From Cyanidioschyzon merolae (taxonomy: Eukaryota): DNA of 64,000 nt. Below, one piece after another: positions 1 to 12,479 of the stretch. Position numbers and translations under genes: made by a program. The stretch's first letter is position 1. The number at the start of each line of letters is the position of its first letter. The notes under the pieces were generated by a model that was given only the letters and a program-made list of their open reading frames with translations, made no database searches and was not told the origin of the DNA. The stretch is taken from NCBI GenBank assembly GCA_000091205.1, contig AP006497.2. One strand, given 5' to 3'.

Positions 1-3000
1 CCCCCATTCCCCCCACATTCCTTGATTGCAACAGGAAGCCAGTATTCGAGGCTCCCCTGGTTCAGGCCAATGATTCTGGATCACAAGAAAATCGAAAATG
101 CACCACTTGCCAATGTCCAATTTGCGACATAGGCCGTCAGAACGACCAGGCTTAAGTTCGGAGCCTCCAAGCGTCAATCCTTCTCCAGGCTACGAGATCA
201 TCGTGTCTCTACGAATGCTTGCCGCTGCTTCTGATCTGTGGGATCGAAACGTTGGTTTCGAAGCTCCTGGGCCCCGGACTTTGATGACTCGCTACTTCTC
301 TTGTTTATACGGTTGCTGCTCGGCGCCTCGTTGTCACTGAAAACGAATTGGACCTTGCTGGGCATCGCGACTGGAAGTGGCCGGTTGCTCCATGCACTAG
401 TTGGACATACCGGCTTCTGCTGCGGCCGAAACTTTGTGACTGCAGCTGGTTTTGCCACTGAATGTACTCGGACGAGGACAAACACAGCAGAAGGACCGGA
501 AGTCCAAGTTTAATCCGGATTCATCGAGGCGCGGCTGCGTTGAACGGGACGGGCTGCTTTGAATAGCGCAATCCCTTTTGAGCTTCGGGTAGGCTGGCCT
601 GCAAATACTTTCTGAGTATGCGACCTTTGAAAAAAATTTGCTGCAATGGAGCGTTTGTAGTCCCGGATCGTGCAAACCGACCTGACCTGGTGGGTCTTAC
701 CAACGGCTTAGGCTTATGTTAGCGGAGGTGTACATGTGGACCGGCAATACCGACACGAATGCGCGTTTAAGGAGAGAGCCGTTGTATAATTTTCTCTTGA
801 AACATAAACGTCGTTCAGCTCTGTCAGGATATTTGGAGCTTGTCTATTCTTCTTGGAACACGAAGTACGTAACAGAGTGGATACCTGCTGGTACAAGACT
901 CCTCTTCATCGACGTATGCTGCGGGGCTGCAGATGCTTGTCTCCAGGGAGAGTCGACCGCACTCTAGGGTTATGTGTATGCCAATGCTGTTTCGGGACGC
1001 CATATCTCGTCAGAAATCGCTCAAGCGAATATGCGTACCATGCTTTCACACCTATTCCCGTGACTTTCCGTTGTTGCGCTTTCCTATGAGGGAGTGGTAA
1101 GCTTTTCCACAATAGACCACTGCTCCCGCTGCCGTTTGGGGCCACTCTGGATCAAGGAACATTTATATTGTTTTTTCGGTTCGAGGGTATATGCTCGAAA
1201 GCTGTTTCTGGTAGCTTCCAAGCCGTAAAAATCTATATGCATGCACATTACTACTCCAAGACACATTCCACAGCGCAGACCATTATCATTCAGAGATGAA
1301 TGTACAGTCAAATAGGAACGTTCAGCAACTCGGTAGCCACCATACCATCCCAAACCATCGAAAGAAGTGAATTGCGGATGGTTCATTCTTCAGTGAACTA
1401 CACGTAATTCTGTACTCATCCACGAGTATAAGCTCCGATGCAGCCCATATGTAGATTAATATAAACCCACTGGTCTCCACAATGGGGTATACCTTTTCGT
1501 GAATAGTACATTGCCCTCCATTCTGGGACGAAGATTTCATTCATGCCTTACATGGTGGGGATTGTTGTTGTAGGATACACTTCCGTCTTGAATGGCATAC
1601 GAGCAACATAACGCGGATAAAATACAAGATAGCACGCATTGGATCTCGAAATGTGTCACCGTACTGCTGTTCCAATAAATCATTGCGGCTGCTCAGCAAG
1701 TTGCAGGTATATTAATTATGAAAGCCCTCGCCGAACAAACGCGCTGCACTGGTATATTCCATGCAGTCCATCTGCACATGGCAAGATACCCAATGTGCCG
1801 TCTGAGCCGAACGCTGTGTCCCATATTCTTGTCAGCGCATTCTCACGAGCAGGCCACTGCGCAGCAGGTGCCATCGCACTTGATGCGAACGTTGTGTACC
1901 AGCTTGCAAGGGCTCTATCGACCCCAAGACGCCATGTGCACGTCAGCGGTGCATAGAGGCCATCATGCGCCACAGCGGTATTGCCTGCCACCGAGTGGTC
2001 CAGCAGCTGTGCTGCGATGTCCACCAGAGCGTCGCATCTACCGATACGGGTGCAAGGGCTGCTGCTATGGCTGGGTCTCACCTCAGTGTCCTGTCGTATG
2101 TGCTGCTGCTGCTTTCGTGAAAAGCTCGACGCGGTGGTAACTATAGTGCTAAAAACACCAGATTGTATATGCATCGTATACACCAGGTGGTAGCTCGTCA
2201 ACCGCAGCTGCCACCAGAGGGCGTCTTGATCACTTGGTTCTCCGCTGTAGTGCCGGTCTCGTTGCGTAACCATACCGGGAAAGGGTCATCGATCAGTTGC
2301 TCACGCCTATCGGCGTCGATTACAGCCATGCCAGAAAGCAGCTCGCTTATCACCGGTCTATTGCCCTGACGATTGTTCGGTACATAGCGACCCGCTGGAG
2401 AGCAGAATGGAGAGCCTTCGCCAATAGAGATCTGCATTTCATCACGTTCATCGTACCCGATGGAGGCTCTGCAACTTAGCGCGTCGATGATACCATCAAT
2501 GTTGCCGTAGAGAACAGCGTCGGTGATGGTGCTAGTGTCGTTGACAATGACCTCGTCTCGACGCATAAGGTGAAGAGATCATTACAGAGAGTAGAAACAT
2601 ATCCTCCCCGGACAACGATCGTTTCTTTGTGTTCAGTAGTACAAAGAACTGCGTAATATTGCGCGTATCGATGCATTGCATTGCTTGTCTTGATAAGCTC
2701 ACCGCAAATGGATGCTCCGTCTGTTGTGTCCACGGAAGCCCTTCAAGTTTATTCAAGACTCTTAAGATTGGATGTGTAAAGGTCATTATCCACGAAGGGT
2801 AAAAAAGTTCTGAGGAAGATTAATAATGAGCGATTGAGCAAGTACCACCAAAGAGATATAGGGTGTTCGCTGGACCTACGGTGCCAGACGCGCCAAATCT
2901 GTGACCCCGGAGTGTTACTCAACCCGATATTCCCTGTTTGCCGTTTCGTGCCCCAGTGAAACCTACGCTGTCTCCCACATGCATCCAATTCTATACAACA

Positions 3001-6000
3001 GAACAAAATTTCAACTTCCATATATCTCTCAGATACCCTACTCATACGTCAATCAGTCCGAAACAGTCAAGGAGCTGATAGTTGTCATTAGGCTCTCGGA
3101 ATCTTTTGGTCCGAAGCGTCCAGTGGAATAACTGTTCGAAATGCTTAGCGAAATGTATCGCAGCTTTCATATGGGATTTGCTTTTAAGTGCGGCTAATCC
3201 AGCTCTATTCGGTGGTCACTGTGTTGTACTCTCACAAGCCACAATAAAGAGATTTACCAAGACTTCCAGCTGGACAAAAGGGATATAAATGGCCATCTAA
3301 GCCAACACAAGTTGGGCATGCTACCGTGCCTCGGGCGCGTCGCTCGTAGATGGGCTCTCCAGAGAACCGTACCTCGGGGACGCATTGGCCTCGTAGAATC
3401 GCTGCACCTAAGTTCATTCGCCAGGCAATAGATTTTGCACTGACGCATCACTGTAGCCCTAGTTCAAATTCCAGCTTCCATGTTACCAAAAGTTCCCATC
3501 AATTCCTGTCCAGGCAGCGGATTGCTTTCTCGAGGGCGGTATGTCATCGTTCTTGGCCGCTCCAACGGAGCCTTATACACCTGAAGAATTGAGTGCCTCA
3601 GAACCTCCAACCTATATCCATGAGAATTTGTTACGATAATTGTCCCAGAGATTATTGAAGACGCCGCACGTGTCACGACTGCCAAATAACCAGAGCACTC
3701 CGCTAGCACCGGTCCGGGAGGCCGCACCGTCCCGAGCCGGAAGCATGTTTCTGGTATATGAACCACCATGAACGCCTTAGCTACGAGAGCTACCTGTAGA
3801 AGCACTAGAACTGATCCAGGCCCAGAACACAGTATCTTCGGAATGAAGAATTCCATCAGTTGTGTGCATACTCTGAACGAAGTGTACCATAACCAAGAGT
3901 CTCACTACAAACATATATTGTGGTCGCATATGGTAAATCCGGACGGTTCCGCACCGGAAAACAAACGTTACTGAGAAAATCGAGTTCCCTGGAGTCTATC
4001 GGATATAGGGGCATTAAGCCGTTGTTGTTGCTCTTCGTGCTGCTTCTGGGCTTACCACCTAGAGTTTCCGGAAAGTATTCTGATGTACCCTCCTCGAAAT
4101 CGTGCAAGCACCGCAACCTGAATAAGGCAGATCTACGCAGGGCGCTCCCGTAACGAGACATTTCTAGTCTAAAACGATAAATATTTCTCTTAGTGCCTGC
4201 ACGATTGTAGCCTCGGGTCCAAATTCTCTCCCGGATCCGTGCGCACGATTTAATAGGAAGCAAACGTGCGTCGATTTTATGTACAGACATGAATTGCCTT
4301 TCTGTTCGTATATGAGGAGCAGTGCACGCAGTAAACTCAAGGTACCCATATATATTCGTCATTGTGCCCTGCACAAGAGCGCTGCAGCGCAAACAAGGGA
4401 GTGGTACGGCTGGGGTTGTAATTTTCTGGCAGCGTTTGGATGGCAATCATTCTGATTTAGAGTCGATACAGGTCTGTAAAACTCGGAGCTTCGAGTGCAT
4501 TCTGGCAGCAATTTTGGTAGACTCAAATCTATGTCCTTAAATACACGGAGACAACCAGTCATGCTAAGAAGAATGCCTTCTCTTTCCGGATACGGTACCA
4601 GTTTGATCCAGACGGTATTGCATATGCAAAGCACGGCCTTAGTCTCTACCAATATCGCGTCTCGCATGGCTGTGCAGAGCCGAAAGATTCAAAAACTCTA
4701 GCAAGGCGTCTGTCGCAAATGCGGACGCGGCCGGCTACGACTCAGTACGAAAACTTCCTCTTTCTCTGTATCATCTGATCATATTTCTTGAAATCCACAC
4801 TGGGCGTAAGTTCGGCGTCCACTTGCCACCACCATAAGGATGTGAGCCGTAAACAAGCACTGCTGTGTTGCCAGCCTGCTTATGATAGCATGCGTGTGCA
4901 AATTTTTTCAAAGCATCAAGCTTCTGCTAATTGGAACATACTTAATCATCGGTCTTCGTGCAGCGTCCGAGTAGGTATCCATTATTTTGATTGACAGGCC
5001 GGTTATATTCAAATGCAAAACTCATATTTGTACGGTCGAGAACGGTACACGGTAAATTCAGAATCGTTTCGGCCCGTATTATCAGATGTCTCCAGTGGCC
5101 GCTTCGAGTTGATTTCAATGATTGTTGTCAGTTCGAGCTCTCTTGTGCCTTTGTCTGCCCCAGGATGCTGCACGAGCACCTCTAATGCTGGCGCGGAGGC
5201 AGCAAAGTGACAGAACGGATTTGCCATGCAATTCCTAGAATCTCGTGTATAATTCGGGCCTCCTGGTCACATTTTTGGCTCGTAGAGTCTGCTTATGCCC
5301 GCCTTTACTTACAGTGCGACACTTTCAAGATGCGCAGCCAATGCGTAGGACCCTCGGGATCGATATATCCCTTGCAGATGTGCATATATATTCCCACCGT
5401 TTCGCGATGTTGGACTTTGCTTTGAGCCCACCTCTGAAAAGTCCGTGTGTAACTTGACCCAGGTGCTCGTACACGTTGAAGGTCCTTCCGCCAAATCGTG
5501 AAACCGCTGATTTTCGTTTTTACCCCAGGGGCACCCTGGACATGTTCGACTAATTTATCTGCCCAAAATACTGCCTGGCACAGATTCATTCGCAGTTCAT
5601 CGTTGAATTTCTTCGTCCTCCAAGCACGATGCGTTACTGTTTCGAATCGCGAGCGGATCCTGACGAGCTGCCATGACGGTACGAACGTGTTCACGACTTT
5701 GAAGAATCCAAAAATCTCTGCAAATGTCTGCCAGATGGATGCTCTAACGTCACAAGCTTGTGAGACAGTTGTTTCTCGAATAGGCGATCCCCACCTCAGT
5801 TCACAGGCTCTCTTTGCTGGCCGTCTCGCTGAGAGCCTCGACGGAACCTTCCCCGGATATGGAGCGGGAGCCCTCAACTAGAAAATTTCGCTATGGGATA
5901 TGCCAGAGCATATCAAAGTGCATTGCGATACTCTCGACTGCGTGCGACCGCTGCTTTCAGATCTGCCAGCAACAGAGTGACTCAGCCGATCAGACTTCCT

Positions 6001-6557
6001 ACATCACAACTGGCGGTAACAGAGGAAATACTTAGCTACTATCTTCTGCGGCCACTGAAGACTCACGCGCAATATTTGGGTCTCGAGATCTGATTCTGTG
6101 CCAGCAAGGATTACTTTCTGGTTGTATTCAAAACGTGTACATACTGTTTCTTTAAATACCGGTGAACACGACCTATCCGTTACAGAATCCGGCTCTAGCT
6201 TTAGCTTCTCGTCTCGCGCGATGGCGCCGGAATCAGAAATGAGCCCTTATCGCTGTTCCTGACGTCCAAAGTGGGAGCTCAGAGCCGCACGTGGACACGT
6301 GTTCCGTGCAGCGCTGGCTGGGCGTACATATTTGGCGATCGCGAATGCGCGCTCGATTCGCTCGCAGGAGATTTCGCGGGCGGAGAAGACGGGATGGCAA
6401 ACCCACCAATACGTGGCAGAATGAGGATGCAGCAACGAGATTAACGCTTACGTGTCCAGAGGACAAGACATAGATCGGTGTGCGCACGCTTGGGCTCAGA
6501 GCTTCAACACGAGATAATCTTTGGGCTTCTTGTAGACATAAATTGTCTCCAACGAAC

Positions 6558-8069
6558 ATGCTACGAACGCGCGGTTTTCAGTACAACCCATTGTTGAGGA
6601 CAGGTATTATTTTATTGCTGATGATATGGGCCCAGCTCTGCTCAGCTTTTCAGGAAGCAGACAAAACAAGTCTTGGAGCGAGACCTACGCAGGGGCTGGC
6701 GACGAAGATATCTTGCAGCCCAGCGAGCTACGTTCCCACATGCAAAATTGAGAGATATTGCGTCAGGCATGATACTTCAAATGGGTGTGCAACAAAGGAA
6801 CAAGCATGTTCACGAAATGAGCCACATCGTAACAGACTGCAACAGGTGGAAGATAGAGTCCAACATTCAAGGGGCTTCACAAACAGCATGTGGTATAATC
6901 TTTTGCGACAAAGACAGGAAAAGGTCAGTGTTGTGGACACGCGAGTTGATTGCAACTCTGAGTGCGAACAGAAAGACGCCCGAGTCTGCTTGGCATATGA
7001 GTATCGCAAAGTGTGTCTCATTTGCTCCTGCATACGCTCCTATTCGGAAATGAAGGACGCTGCTCAAAGGTACCCGGAGTATATTGGGAAGCAAGATCAA
7101 GGCCTCGGGATGCAAAGCACACTAAATGCGGGTACGAAGTACGAAATTTTTGAGAATCGTTTCCAGCATCGCTACAGATGCCTCTGGGTGCCTACAAACC
7201 AGGACGCAATCACGTCATCAAGAGGAATACTTCGGGCCATGAATTCTCGACTTTCCTGGATTAAGGCAAGATTGCAGAAGACTGGCATCCGCGATGCAGC
7301 ACAAGTACCCGCTGTGTCCCAAACGGAGCGTGAACAAAGTCAGTGGCTGCCAACTGAGCCCGTTGGGAGACGTGCGCCGGGGGGCGCCTTGCCTTCTATG
7401 CCGAATACCATTATCAGCTTGGTGGGAACACCATCGCTCTCTTTGTCACCAACACCACCGTCACCATCAGCTACTTTGGTTCCGACGACGCCAACGATGC
7501 TACCGACGCCAACAACAACGGGGATATCAACGGTTTTACCGAGCACCATGGAACCTCTACCATCACCTTCCACCGCGACAACATCTGCGATGCCAACTCC
7601 GATGATGCCATCGCCATCAACGTCAACCTCCACATCATCAGCTACGCCACACACATATATGCCGTCACCATCACCTTCGGCATCGACCATGACGCCTCCG
7701 TGGACGGCAACTGCAACATCGAGCTGCTCCCATACCAAGACTCATTCTCATTGGACCGGGACGATGACTGCGCCAAACCCGCCTCCACCGACATACATGC
7801 CATCCACCCAGTACCCTCCAGGGTGCTACACTGGCCCTCCGACCGTTATGTGCACATGTGTGTGCTCATGTCCGACAGCAGCACCACCCTCGATGCCGTC
7901 AACGATGTCACCGACATTCACCGCATCCGCGTTACCCTCTGTTTCTCAATCCTCAGCTACAGGTTCTATTACAACAACAACAGCATCAGCTTCCCCATCA
8001 ACGACCCTGTCTGGACCCGTGAGTAGAACACCATTCCCGTCAATCATCGTGACATTCATGTTCCGTTGA
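6558..8069 (+). CDS. Secreted Ser/Thr/Pro-rich mucin-like protein: signal peptide, Cys-containing N-terminal domain, ~250-aa STP low-complexity region, hydrophobic C-terminus
   Basis: Part of a 529-aa ORF (6480..8069). The internal ATG at 6558 is followed by a signal-peptide-like MLRTRGFQYNPLLRTGIILLLMIWAQLCSAFQ. A Cys-rich ~230 aa region precedes a long PTPTTTGISTVLPSTMEPLPSPSTATTS... tract. The ORF ends in the hydrophobic PFPSIIVTFMF, which could be a GPI-signal-like tail. No homolog recognised. Confidence 0.4.
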   Translation: MLRTRGFQYNPLLRTGIILLLMIWAQLCSAFQEADKTSLGARPTQGLATKISCSPASYVPTCKIERYCVRHDTSNGCATKEQACSRNEPHRNRLQQVEDRVQHSRGFTNSMWYNLLRQRQEKVSVVDTRVDCNSECEQKDARVCLAYEYRKVCLICSCIRSYSEMKDAAQRYPEYIGKQDQGLGMQSTLNAGTKYEIFENRFQHRYRCLWVPTNQDAITSSRGILRAMNSRLSWIKARLQKTGIRDAAQVPAVSQTEREQSQWLPTEPVGRRAPGGALPSMPNTIISLVGTPSLSLSPTPPSPSATLVPTTPTMLPTPTTTGISTVLPSTMEPLPSPSTATTSAMPTPMMPSPSTSTSTSSATPHTYMPSPSPSASTMTPPWTATATSSCSHTKTHSHWTGTMTAPNPPPPTYMPSTQYPPGCYTGPPTVMCTCVCSCPTAAPPSMPSTMSPTFTASALPSVSQSSATGSITTTTASASPSTTLSGPVSRTPFPSIIVTFMFR

Positions 8070-9339
8070 AGACCTCGAAGCACCGAACTGGGCATTGTGG
8101 TATGCAGAGAATCCGATCCGTGCGAATCCATGCGTTTGAAAGTGAAACGTGAATGAGATACTGTAGAAACCTTTAGACTGGGATGACGTACACGTGCAGC
8201 TGGATTCGTTTCTCGACTCTGCTGTACGCTTTCGCGTCCACCTGCGTGCCAAGGATGCTATCGTGCTTCTCGTTGAACGAATTTGCCTCTGAAAGAGTCA
8301 TTTCCTGATGCAATCATCAAAGTCACCAGGGGCCGATGCGCCCATTCAATGGACCGAAATCTTGGACCGAAAATTGAGCTGGCAATGCGGTCTTAATGCT
8401 TGCGACAAGAGCAGAGCCACTCAGTACAACGTTTGCAGGGAGAACCCGCATGCTCAGCAAAAGGAACACCACTCTAAATTGTTTTCTTTGGGTGTGAATT
8501 ATTTCTCCGAAACGTGGAAGGAGGAGATGTTCGGTGAGTACCCTTGCGGACTGAGGTGCGGCAAAGCTCACAGAGCTCTTCCCTAGTCTTCCTCAAGAGC
8601 GGTAGGCCTCGCAGGGAGCAGGTGTAACGCTTTGTGGCCCTTGAGTCCCTTCTGTCCAGGTGCAGGATCCAGTCAACCGTCATTGCTTCCAGCATGCAGG
8701 CGATCCAGACCAACTCCTCCGCCGTTCCAGTCAAAGGCCGGCTTTCTGCATGTCGCAGACGCAGCATGCGAGAACGGCTGTGGGCAAACCAGAGCAACCT
8801 CGTATGACGTGGCAACCGGTCCCCAGATGGTGGCCATTGTCAAGCGCGTCACAAAATAGTTCCGCAAATGGAATCTAGACGAAACTCCCAGCAGGAACCC
8901 ACATTGCTGTAGTGGATTTTGCGTACACTGTTGCATTCCGCTCACCTTGGCGTCAAACACTGCCACAAAAGATACTTCTTCAGCTCGCAAAAAATCTTCA
9001 TCTGGAACATTAGCGCGCAGAATTGTCGCTCTCTCTTCTATGGCATAGAATGTAGTCTCAGCTCTCCGGGGTGACAGTACCAGAACCCATTCAGAATGGT
9101 GCTCTCTCTCAACGCTCCATCTTTACTAGCCGCGATGTTTCGCACTATGGTATCCACGAATACCCGCTTCAGATCCAGAGCATCTGCTCAACAACACGCG
9201 TGATTCGTTATCCAGCGTGTAGGTGCGGTCACTGCAAGCCGCTCGCGAATAGCAGCACGAGCGGAACCTCGGATATAAAGCAATAATCACAGTTATATAC
9301 ATAGGTCTAATGCTGCCTCCAACCGCAAACGAAGCCGTA

Positions 9340-10090
9340 GGCATGATTCTTTTAGCTATACAGTTAATTCTAAATATACCATAATGTGTCCATGCTGGTG
9401 CGGACAAGGCTGCCATCCTTTTTTTGGTTTCACTCGGCCCTTCCATTTACCACGGATCCCAGAGTTCGGGATGGATGGGTAGTGGCGTTCGGGACGCGTC
9501 CATCATGCCCCAACCTACTTCAAGTTTCATGAATTTTTTCTTTCGGATATACTGGTCGTATTGTACGTTCTATCATGCGCTGAGCCTGCCGTGAGCACCC
9601 GCCTTAGCGCCTATACAGCTGGAGCAGATGCTGCAAGGAGACAGAACGGCTTTTCCGTACCACTTAAAGCGTCGACTCTAGGCGTGGTTTATCCAACACG
9701 AGGTCGGAGCACACAATCATTTAGCATACCTGCAAGATGCGCAGACAGACCTACTGCCTCCGGTAGCGCGAAGCAACGTATTACGAAACCATCACGACCA
9801 GTGCGACGCCCAGACGCAGCCTAGACACCCCTAGTCCCAACTTGGACTGCGTTGCAGATGAATTGCTCAGGTATCGCCACTGCACCCACCACTGGGAGAA
9901 GCACTTAGCAGGAGCCGGGCAGACTCGTTCGCTCTCGGGACCTTTCGCCTGGAGGGTACAGTTTCGGAAATGCGGTAAACCTTTCGCCCTTTTATAGCTT
10001 ACCGTAAAGAGAGGAAGATGTTTTTGCCGGATAGCTAGATAGTGGCTATTCTCTTCTCTTCTTCTCTATAGCTCGCTCGATACGCGCACC
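9340..10090 (+). repeat. Diverged dispersed repeat family B (~0.75 kb), copy 1
   Basis: By eye it aligns at ~70% identity with 18600..19350 and, in reverse complement, with 36600..36900. Shared blocks include ttcggatatac(c/t)ggtc, tgccgtgagcacccgcct, gcgcagacagacctactgcct and cgacgcccagacgcagc. No coding potential. Confidence 0.5.
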
Positions 10091-10325
10091 TCTGTATCTA
10101 GCAGGCATGAGTCATGGCGCGCGTCTCGCTGTTGAAGGAAACAGTGATCCTGATCATTAGCGTAACGCTATCATGTACATGTTGTAACGGTGTTGACGTC
10201 ACAGCAAACTATACTTATTTGTTCGATTGTGTTTTGAACTTCAACCAAGTGTGTTCAAGTGATTTTTCGCAGTTAATCGCAGACGTGCTCGAGAGTGCTC
10301 TCTTTCTCATAAAGAAAAAAGAAGG

Positions 10326-10787
10326 ATGGTTATGGAAACGGAAGTTGATTATTCTGGAGGCCCAGGGACGCCGGCTGCCAGAAAAAAACAAAAAATAGTG
10401 CCGAGTCCGGAAGAAAAGGAAGAGAAGAAGAACCGAAGGGGGGAAGTCCTACGTCGAATGCGGCAAAAAGGACGGCTGTACGACGAGATGATGGTGAAAA
10501 CCTTTCTTCTTGGACATATCAAGGATCCGTACAGGGAAAAGCTGCGAGACGCTATCGAAAAACGTGTCGACTCGTACTCCAAGAGTATTGTCAAGGCTTC
10601 GTCAGGACTGATGCATTTGGCGAGGGAGATGTACCGCGACGTGACGCACATGGAAACAGTCGATGTTCCTGACGAGTTTTTCGACAAGATGTTTATTCGT
10701 CAGCTGATGCCTGGCACAGAGAAAGCGCGGAAGGCAAACGAGCGGGTTCACGCTCTTCACGAAAACTACGCGGAATTCCGCTTCTAG
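10326..10787 (+). CDS. Transposon ORF1 (153 aa). The N-terminus is K/R-rich and NLS-like (PAARKKQKIVPSPEEKEEKKNRRGEVLRRMRQKGR); function unknown. It may be the N-terminal part of the Fanzor protein.
   Basis: It is conserved in copy B (VKTFLLGHIKDPYRE(K/R)L(R/Q)DAIEKRVDSYSKSIVKASSGLMHL). Both copies share an in-frame TAG separating it from ORF2. Copy B's equivalent is broken by a nonsense and a frameshift. Confidence 0.35.
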   Translation: MVMETEVDYSGGPGTPAARKKQKIVPSPEEKEEKKNRRGEVLRRMRQKGRLYDEMMVKTFLLGHIKDPYREKLRDAIEKRVDSYSKSIVKASSGLMHLAREMYRDVTHMETVDVPDEFFDKMFIRQLMPGTEKARKANERVHALHENYAEFRF

Positions 10788-10832
10788 GGTGCCCGATACA
10801 AGGGTGACGCGGATATTTAAAGCTATGGGGCG

Positions 10833-12479
10833 ATGAAGTACCTCACGAATCTGAAGAACTATTTGGCAATGAACCTCGAACGTTTCATGATACGCGCCGT
10901 GTTTGCGCTCTACCCTGGCATCTCTTGCAAAGGGATATGGACGATTATCAAAGGCATCACGAACGATCGCAAGCATGAAGATGAGGTCGAATTTGTCGTG
11001 AAGAAGGCGTCAAACGAGAGTACGAATTAGGATTCCGTCATCCGTGCGGTTGTACAAAAGCACTGTGCGGTACTGGGGTTGGCGAATCCAGCAGGAAAGA
11101 TATCAGAGTTGAAAAAAGATAAGGACAGATACTATCGCCTCGTCCTACGGTATTTCGTGTTTCTCGACCGAGAGCTCGAACGCAAGGCGGAGATGATGGT
11201 GAATAGGGAAAAATGAAGAGTGGGAGAGACGGAAGGCTTTCCTGATGGGGAAGCGCTTCGACGTGGTTCCAATGTGCAACATCAGGTCACATTTTGTGAG
11301 TATCGATTCAGGCGTCCTTCACGGCATCATGAAGGAGATCAGTCCCGAGTTCAATGTTAACAGGAAGGAGTTCAGCGGTGAAAACTGGGAGACGTCCTGG
11401 AAGAATATCTTCGATTTCAAACGTCTGAAAGTGAGCGAGCAAAAGTTGTTCACTGGGATGATCGAAACCGATGGAGTAGCCTTGTGTGTACACTATCGGC
11501 GGTTGAAGAAAGATCGTCCAGTTCCGCCTTCGACTGCGCCCTTGACGAAGGATGAAGAAAACAAAGAGGAGGATCCTGCGATGCAGGAGGTTGAGGATAG
11601 CGACCTTGTCGTTGGCGCGGCGAAGGATGAAGATGGGAAGGAGGCGGATCCTGCGACACAGGAGGTGCAGGATAACCACTATATCGTTGGCGCGGCCCCT
11701 GGGAATACGAATATCATAACCATCGCAGCACCGTAGCGTGTGGAAGATGGTACTGATGGTAACTTGCGTCAGAAATATATGCGTCTTTTGAGGTTCTCGA
11801 GAGCGAGATACTATCGAGAATCCGGTATGATGAATGCAAAGAAGAAAATCGAGATATGGAATGCAGGAACGAAAGAGCACCTGGAAGCTTTGAGCGAGGT
11901 GACTAGCCGAGGTGCCGACTTTCAGGCTTTTCTGAAATTCATGGATGATCGCGTTGCCCATTGGGATGCACTGTACGAGGAGTATACAAAGCCCCGGTGG
12001 GCACGTTTGCGTATGAATCTATACGGTGGGAGGCAGCGGGCGTTTACCAACTTTTTTAATGAGTTGAGTGCCCTCAAAGAAGACGAGACTCAAAGGCTCG
12101 TAATAGCGTACGGAGCAGGGCGATGGAAGACCCAAGAAGGAACTACGCCAGCTCGAACGACAAGAACGTACAAGGAGTGTCCACGGCTTTTCGTTACAAT
12201 ACCGATAGATGAGTTCCGAACGTCCTATACACACCATGAACTGGGGTGTACCCTTCAGAGGGTCGTGATGGAAAAGTGCCAGAGGAGCCCTGAGGAAATA
12301 GCAATTACGGACCGCTGACAGACGAGCAAATAGGAAGGAGGGCGAAAGTTCGTGGACTTCTTGCATTAGTGAGTACAACCAGTGATGGCAAGAAACGTAT
12401 GGAGTTTGTTAACCGAGACTTTAACGCCGCAGTCAATATACGGAGATGTGCGGTGCTGGAGAATAGACCTCCAGAGTAG
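10833..12479 (+). pseudogene. Fanzor (eukaryotic TnpB-like, RuvC-fold RNA-guided endonuclease) pseudogene, copy A
   Basis: Motifs read directly: [15 protein letters not shown] (RuvC-I Asp), IPIDEFRTSYTHHELGC (RuvC-II Glu plus Zn-finger-like HHCC), and RDFNAAVNIRR (RuvC-III, in a different frame at 12348..12479). Disruptions relative to copy B are a GAG>TAG at ~11031, a 2-bp deletion near 11190, an AAG>TAG at 11737 and a 2-bp deletion near 12320. Confidence 0.7.

Noticed and set aside
1-40. C-rich start of window (cccccattccccccacattcc) as a possible telomeric repeat
   Set aside because: It shows no regular TTAGGG/TTTAGGG-type periodicity. It is just a short C-rich stretch.
7340-7738. 132-aa minus-strand ORF (VDVDGDGIIGVG...) opposite the mucin-like STP tract
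   Set aside because: It is a complement-strand reading of the same low-complexity repeat, so not independent evidence of a gene.
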